A stretch of 61,975 nt of DNA from a virus. Lineage: Duplodnaviria > Caudoviricetes. Both the position numbers and the translations under genes were made by a program. Below, one piece after another: positions 57,606 through 61,975 of the stretch. Position 1 is the first letter of the stretch; every line of letters starts with the position of its first letter. The stretch is from the IMG/VR virus record IMGVR_UViG_3300037247_001905, positions 1-61,975 of that record; one strand, given 5' to 3'. Below the pieces are notes generated by a model that had not been told where the DNA came from, searched no databases, and saw only the letters and a list, made by a program, of their open reading frames with translations.

Positions 57606-58059
57606 GGGACATGCGCGCGATCGCGTCGGCCACCCGGTCGACAGCGGCGTCGAACTGGGGCGGCGTGACCCCGAGACGACGTGGATTTAGGTCACGGGCG
57701 ATGGCCAAGAGGCCCACGGCGCTGCGAGCGCGCTCCTCGAAGTCATTGCCCATGCTGGAGATATAGCTCTTGGGGATGCGCTTGGGGATGTCGTGCCCAC
57801 CGGGACGCAGCAGAACCGCGAGGCAAAGCTGAAAGGACTGAAGCCACACGAAACGACGGCCGTCGGGCACCTCCATATAACGAGCGCCAAGGGCTGAATA
57901 CCACGCGCGGAAGGTCTCGATGGTGTGCCCGAAATGCTCGAAGTGGTCAAAGAGTTCAATGTCGTCGACCAGATCAAGCCCGGCACCGAGGCGAATGGCG
58001 GTGTGTGTCCGCCGTATTGACGGGGGGCGGGTCGCTGGTGTATCGTCTGGGTGCCCCAC
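57532..58059 (-). CDS. Hypothetical protein
   Basis: 175 aa; GAGG RBS. Confidence 0.65.
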   Translation of the reverse strand: MGHPDDTPATRPPSIRRTHTAIRLGAGLDLVDDIELFDHFEHFGHTIETFRAWYSALGARYMEVPDGRRFVWLQSFQLCLAVLLRPGGHDIPKRIPKSYISSMGNDFEERARSAVGLLAIARDLNPRRLGVTPPQFDAAVDRVADAIARMSLANAATIDRRARQRANKATHPIPP

Positions 58060-58062
58060 CGC

Positions 58063-58848
58063 TCACGACCTCGAAACAGGGCCGACGAGTCCAGCCAATG
58101 TTGTCGGCGATGTCCGCAACGAAGGCAGCCGACCCACGAGCGGGGGGCCTAGATAGGCGTCGCCTTCTAGGTCGTACAACTCACGCAGCGCTTCGTAAGT
58201 TGCGTCTTCCTGAGAAAGCCCCTTGTTCCGGTACGACTCAACACGAAGGAGGAAGAATGCACGGCGTTTAGAACGTGTGCGCGCGTCGGGTGCGGTTGGG
58301 TCGTACGGCAGATTGGAGACGGGCGGGACGAGCGGCCGGCTTGGAGCCTGCGGCGTTGTTGCTGATGGCGTCGCCGGCGGTAGCGGTTTCGGCCCAAGCG
58401 GAAACATCGGTATGGGTATTGCTAGCGGCAGTGCTGGCGGCTTTTCCCTCTTTGGCGGCACGAATAACTGTGGTTTTGTTGGCGCGGGTGTCTGTGGTTT
58501 TGTTGGTGCGGGTGTTGGCAGCGGTGTCGGCTGCGGCGTTTGCGTCGCGGGTGCTGCTTTCGTGGTGGTGTTGTCTGCTTTGGCGGGGCGGCGGAAAGCG
58601 TTGGGATTGTTGATGCGACCGGCGGCTTTCAGCGCAGAGCGGTTGGGGTCGCTCAGTCGGCCGATGATGTCGCCAACATCGAAAATCTTGTCTTGGACTT
58701 GGCGGTCGTCGTCTTTAGCAGTGCCTTTGGGTTTCGCGGCAAGGAGCTGCGCACGACGATCGGCCAGCATGGTCAATCGTTGGCCCGCGTTCTGGAGCAA
58801 GGATCGGGCGGCACCGATCCCCTTACTGGCTGGGCGTGCCTGTGGCAT
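58063..58848 (-). CDS. Pro/Thr-rich hypothetical protein
   Basis: MPQARPAS...; TPAPTKPQ repeated twice. Confidence 0.6.
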   Translation of the reverse strand: MPQARPASKGIGAARSLLQNAGQRLTMLADRRAQLLAAKPKGTAKDDDRQVQDKIFDVGDIIGRLSDPNRSALKAAGRINNPNAFRRPAKADNTTTKAAPATQTPQPTPLPTPAPTKPQTPAPTKPQLFVPPKREKPPALPLAIPIPMFPLGPKPLPPATPSATTPQAPSRPLVPPVSNLPYDPTAPDARTRSKRRAFFLLRVESYRNKGLSQEDATYEALRELYDLEGDAYLGPPLVGRLPSLRTSPTTLAGLVGPVSRS

Positions 58849-58922
58849 GACGGGAGTGTAGCAGATAGACGGCAAGGCAACCAAAAAGAGGGCTTGGGCG
58901 GCAAGGGAATCGGAGGCGATGC

Positions 58923-60371
58923 ATGAGTAAGCCGCTGGAACTGGGCAGCAAGGAGCCGATGAAGATTGCACGGGCGATAGCTGCAACGGTGCTTGGGGGT
59001 GAGTTGCCAAGGTTGCTGCGGGTAGGGGAGCATTGGTACGCGTGGAAAGAGCTTGTCACCCACAGCCGGTGGATGGAGGTGCCGCCGGAGTGGGTGTTTG
59101 ATTGTGCGGCGCTGGCGCTGGAGGACGCGTGCGTGCTAACGGTGAAGCATGACGACAGCGGAAAGACCGAGGTGCGTGATCGGTTGAAACCGAAGGTGAC
59201 GGATGTTAGAGAGGTCGTGGGGTTTCTCGAGACGGTGTGCAGGCACGAGGGCGGGATGCCGGCGTGGGTCGGGAAGAAACCGAAGGGGGCGCCGAGTGCG
59301 GACGAGTTGACGGCGTTCGCCGACCGCCTGGTATGGATAGACGGGAGCAAGCCGCCGGAATGGGTCACGTTTGAGAGGGACGAGCGATGGTTCGGGTTGG
59401 CAGTTGCGCCGGCGGCGTGGGATCCAAAGGCGAAGTGTCCAGAATGGGAACGGTCGATGAAAAGATGGCTCGATGGGGAGCAGAGCGCCGTCGAGTTGCG
59501 GGAGCGGTTCTACGGGGATCTGCTGCGGGCGCACAGGTGTCATGGGTACGCGCTGTACGAGTATGGAGAGACGAAGGCGGGGAAGGGCATCGGCACGCGG
59601 TTGTTGCAGGCGGCGCTCGGCGGCGCGCCGTCGTACTACGGCACGCGGATGGAAGTGGTGTCGGGCGAGTTCGGGCAGGACGGGTTGGAGCGCGCGCAGG
59701 TAACGGTGGTGGGCGAGTTGCACGGCGACCTGCGGCGGGGCGTTGGCGATCGGTTGGGGAGTCTCATCAAGACGATCCTGGGGTGGGATACGACAACGCT
59801 GAACGCAAAGCACGTCAGATTGCGGCAGGTGGAATACCAGTGCGGGCTCATTTTGCAGGGCAACCCGCTAGTGCGGCTGCCGGACGACAAGAAGAGTCTG
59901 AGCGGGAAGCTGCTGTTCCTGTATTTTGGAGCGAGCGCGTTGGGAGCAGAGGACTTGGGATTGGAGACGAGGCTGCACAAAGAGTTGGCAGGGATCATGT
60001 TGCGGTGGTGCGAAGCCGCATGGCGGCTGGGGGAGGCGAAAGCCGGAGAGCGATGGCCAAAAACCGAGGCCGGCACTGCTATTCAGTTGCGGTTGGAGCA
60101 GGATACGCACCCAGTCGATTCTTTCGTGGGAGCAGCGTTTGAGCGGTCGCCTCGGTGGTTTGTGACGGGGGATGTTGTTGGGAGGCAACGGGCGGTGTGG
60201 AAAGCCGCAACGGGTCTGGATATTGAGAGGGAGAACGGAAATGCCGTAAGTGACCTGCGGTTGTGTTCGTACATCGAAGAACACCTAACGGGTGGTGGTG
60301 TCACGCTATGCCGTCGGAAAAATAAGAGGGGGTTGCAGGGATTGAAGCCGTTGCAGAAGTTGAGGCTGTAG
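58923..60371 (+). CDS. D5-like superfamily 3 helicase (no primase domain recognised)
   Basis: WDPKAKCPEW, Walker A YGETKAGKG, Walker B-like VVGE, motif C LILQGN; GGAGG RBS. Confidence 0.8.
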   Translation: MSKPLELGSKEPMKIARAIAATVLGGELPRLLRVGEHWYAWKELVTHSRWMEVPPEWVFDCAALALEDACVLTVKHDDSGKTEVRDRLKPKVTDVREVVGFLETVCRHEGGMPAWVGKKPKGAPSADELTAFADRLVWIDGSKPPEWVTFERDERWFGLAVAPAAWDPKAKCPEWERSMKRWLDGEQSAVELRERFYGDLLRAHRCHGYALYEYGETKAGKGIGTRLLQAALGGAPSYYGTRMEVVSGEFGQDGLERAQVTVVGELHGDLRRGVGDRLGSLIKTILGWDTTTLNAKHVRLRQVEYQCGLILQGNPLVRLPDDKKSLSGKLLFLYFGASALGAEDLGLETRLHKELAGIMLRWCEAAWRLGEAKAGERWPKTEAGTAIQLRLEQDTHPVDSFVGAAFERSPRWFVTGDVVGRQRAVWKAATGLDIERENGNAVSDLRLCSYIEEHLTGGGVTLCRRKNKRGLQGLKPLQKLRL

Positions 60372-60430
60372 CACTGATTTTGGTTGCTGGTGCGTGGAAA
60401 ATCAGGGTTTGCCGCCCAAGCCGTGAGCGC

Positions 60431-60712
60431 TTAGTCAGAGGGCGGGAACTGCTGGGGGTGGTTTCGGCAGAAGAGTTGGGCGTGGAGCATGTGCCGGCCG
60501 ATGTCTATCAGGCCGAGGGCGTGGGTGGATGACGGGTAGTACCAGGTGCCGAGTGGGGCGCCGTCGTTGGGGCCGTCGTTGGTGGGCTCGAGTTCGACGA
60601 CGATGAAGGCGCCCCGCGTGCGCCGCATGATCTCGCTGCTGAGTTCGTCGAGGGTGTAGGTCGCGAGCGGGTTGACGTCGAGGGCGTTGGGTTTGTCGGG
60701 GGTGTCGGTCAT
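60431..60712 (-). CDS. Hypothetical protein
   Basis: 93 aa; ATGA coupling. Confidence 0.7.
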   Translation of the reverse strand: MTDTPDKPNALDVNPLATYTLDELSSEIMRRTRGAFIVVELEPTNDGPNDGAPLGTWYYPSSTHALGLIDIGRHMLHAQLFCRNHPQQFPPSD

Positions 60713-61032
60713 GCGTTGTTGTTGAGGGCGTGTGCTGCCGCGCGGCGGAGTTGGCGGGAGCGGCGCAGGGCGTCTTTGTCGCTGGTGAGAGCTTCGAGTT
60801 TTTGGCGTTGGATGGCGGCAACGCGTTTCTCGGGGGCGCGTGGGAAATGCTCGGCGTGTTTGGCGGGCGTGATCGCGGCTTGCAGTTTGGTAAGACGGGC
60901 CTCGAGGACGCGTTGTTCAGGACTGAGGGGAGAGAGCTTGGCGTGTTCGTCGGCGGTGAGCGGGACGAAGTCGTCACGGCGGTCGCGGGGGATGTCTGAG
61001 AGTTTGAGGATCTCGCCGGTGTGTGGATTCAT
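60709..61032 (-). CDS. Hypothetical protein
   Basis: AGGAG RBS; MNPHTGEI... Confidence 0.7.
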   Translation of the reverse strand: MNPHTGEILKLSDIPRDRRDDFVPLTADEHAKLSPLSPEQRVLEARLTKLQAAITPAKHAEHFPRAPEKRVAAIQRQKLEALTSDKDALRRSRQLRRAAAHALNNNA

Positions 61033-61747
61033 GGGGGGCTCCTGGGAAAATGGGACCGCCCCCGATGGAGGGACCACGGGGGCGATCCTGAAAGGGACGC
61101 GGGGAGTGTAGGGGGTAAGGGGCGGGAACGCAAGGCCGGGGTTGTGGGCGGCGGACGCTGGTGGGGCGGGACGGAGAGGGATTTTGTGGGCCGGTGGGTG
61201 GCTGAAGGGGGGCGAGGGCTTAGAGAGCGTTTGGGGGCTTCTGAGCGGTGGGTGGTTCTAAGCGTGGGACGGCAGAGGTACCGAACATGGGGGTGGGCGC
61301 GCGGGGATCGGAGCAAAATCGGGCAGAGGTGGACCTGAGAGGGGGTCGTGCCACTTTTTGAAAAGTGTAAGTGGTTGGGGGGCGAGGGGTTAGGGGGAAT
61401 CGTGCCAGTTTTGACGTTTGTAGGGGGGCGGGGGTTTGGGCCGCGTGCCTGGGCGTGCGTGGGTCTCTATATGTGTTTACAAGTGTCATAAGTGGCATAA
61501 AGAGGGTAAGGGCTGCTGGGGCAAGGGGTTACGGCTGCCACTTTGGGTGACGTTACGGGTACGTTGTGCCGGTTTGTGGTGGCGAAAACCTAACAGGGGG
61601 GTAACACTTTGGAGACAGAGACCTTGAGCGTGGGGAAATGTCCCCACACCCTGCCACGCTCGTTGCCGGGGGGCCGGTGGGGGGTCTTCTCCCTATGCGT
61701 CACGGGCACCCACTCCATCGTTAGGTATATGGTTGGTGGCTGGTTCA

Positions 61748-61975
61748 GTTGCCGCCCAAGGCCATAGGCTAGTGGTTGCCAACGGTGGGCCTGTTGAGAA
61801 TGGGTTCTCACTAAGCATGTAGTGGTGGCTACGACCATAGCTACGACACCCTGCCACGCCAACACGACCGATGCAGTAGAGGTGACTGCCGGCACGCCAG
61901 CATGACCGCTGCGGCTGGTGCGGTCGCCCTCCGTTGGTGCGGGGGTGTGCCGCTGGCGTGGCGGGGTGCCGCCCG
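61748..61975 (+). repeat. Right copy of 228-bp terminal direct repeat
   Basis: Matches 1-228 with one mismatch. Confidence 0.95.

Larger units (their letters stand above)
2..61762. repeat. Dispersed 14-bp motif TTGCCGCCCAAGCC (about 25 copies)
   Basis: Exact copies on + at 11262, 14741, 16563, 22786, 23903, 27963, 33157, 43173, 48032, 55746, 60409; exact on - at 10317, 16697, 27710, 58891; 13/14 at 2, 22194, 33189, 34155, 39912, 61749; 12/14 at 5805, 9329, 40655, 53546. Confidence 0.95.
1..61975. mobile_element. Tailed dsDNA bacteriophage genome (podovirus-like), apparently complete
   Basis: Terminal direct repeat; TerL-portal-scaffold-capsid gene order; phage-type replication genes; no host housekeeping operons; no tape-measure or sheath gene recognised. 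Confidence 0.93.

Noticed and set aside
2-61762. 14-mer repeats or early leader repeats as a CRISPR array
   Set aside because: Copies are dispersed or separated by whole genes, with no regular spacers and no cas operon; the PD-(D/E)XK gene sits in a recombination module
1-61975. tRNA genes, diversity-generating retroelement, stop-codon reassignment
   Set aside because: No tRNA T-loop/cloverleaf or reverse transcriptase noticed by eye; genes tile densely under the standard code

Overview
The window looks like one complete or near-complete ~62 kb tailed dsDNA phage genome, bounded by a 228-bp direct repeat (1-228 = 61748-61975, one mismatch). The architecture is podovirus-like. The left arm (+ strand) carries a cassette-like array of small early genes, then UDG, GroES, a divergent family A DNA polymerase, an ERCC4 nuclease, a displaced tail-fibre/lysis-like block, a PD-(D/E)XK nuclease, a Sak4-like ATPase, a putative SSB, a RecD/Dda helicase and an HNH protein. 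The right arm (- strand) carries terminase, portal, scaffold, capsid, adaptor, nozzle and ejection-type proteins, with a D5-like helicase on + near the right end. A secreted protein ending in a Phycisphaerales-style dockerin repeat points to a Planctomycetota host (inference). Main observations: (1) the 14-mer TTGCCGCCCAAGCC occurs 15 times exactly and about 10 more times with 1-2 mismatches, on both strands, in several reading frames and at the genome terminus; (2) a translationally coupled late operon pairs a mucin-like Ser/Thr-rich protein with GT29-like, Maf-like and GT25 glycosyltransferases and a methyltransferase, a candidate virion glycosylation system; (3) a small gene with its own RBS is nested inside the polymerase exonuclease domain; (4) a structured intergenic region reproduces the 16S rRNA 790 loop. 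I recognised no integrase, endolysin, primase domain, RNA polymerase, tRNA or CRISPR array. All calls come from reading motifs by eye; no database search was run.
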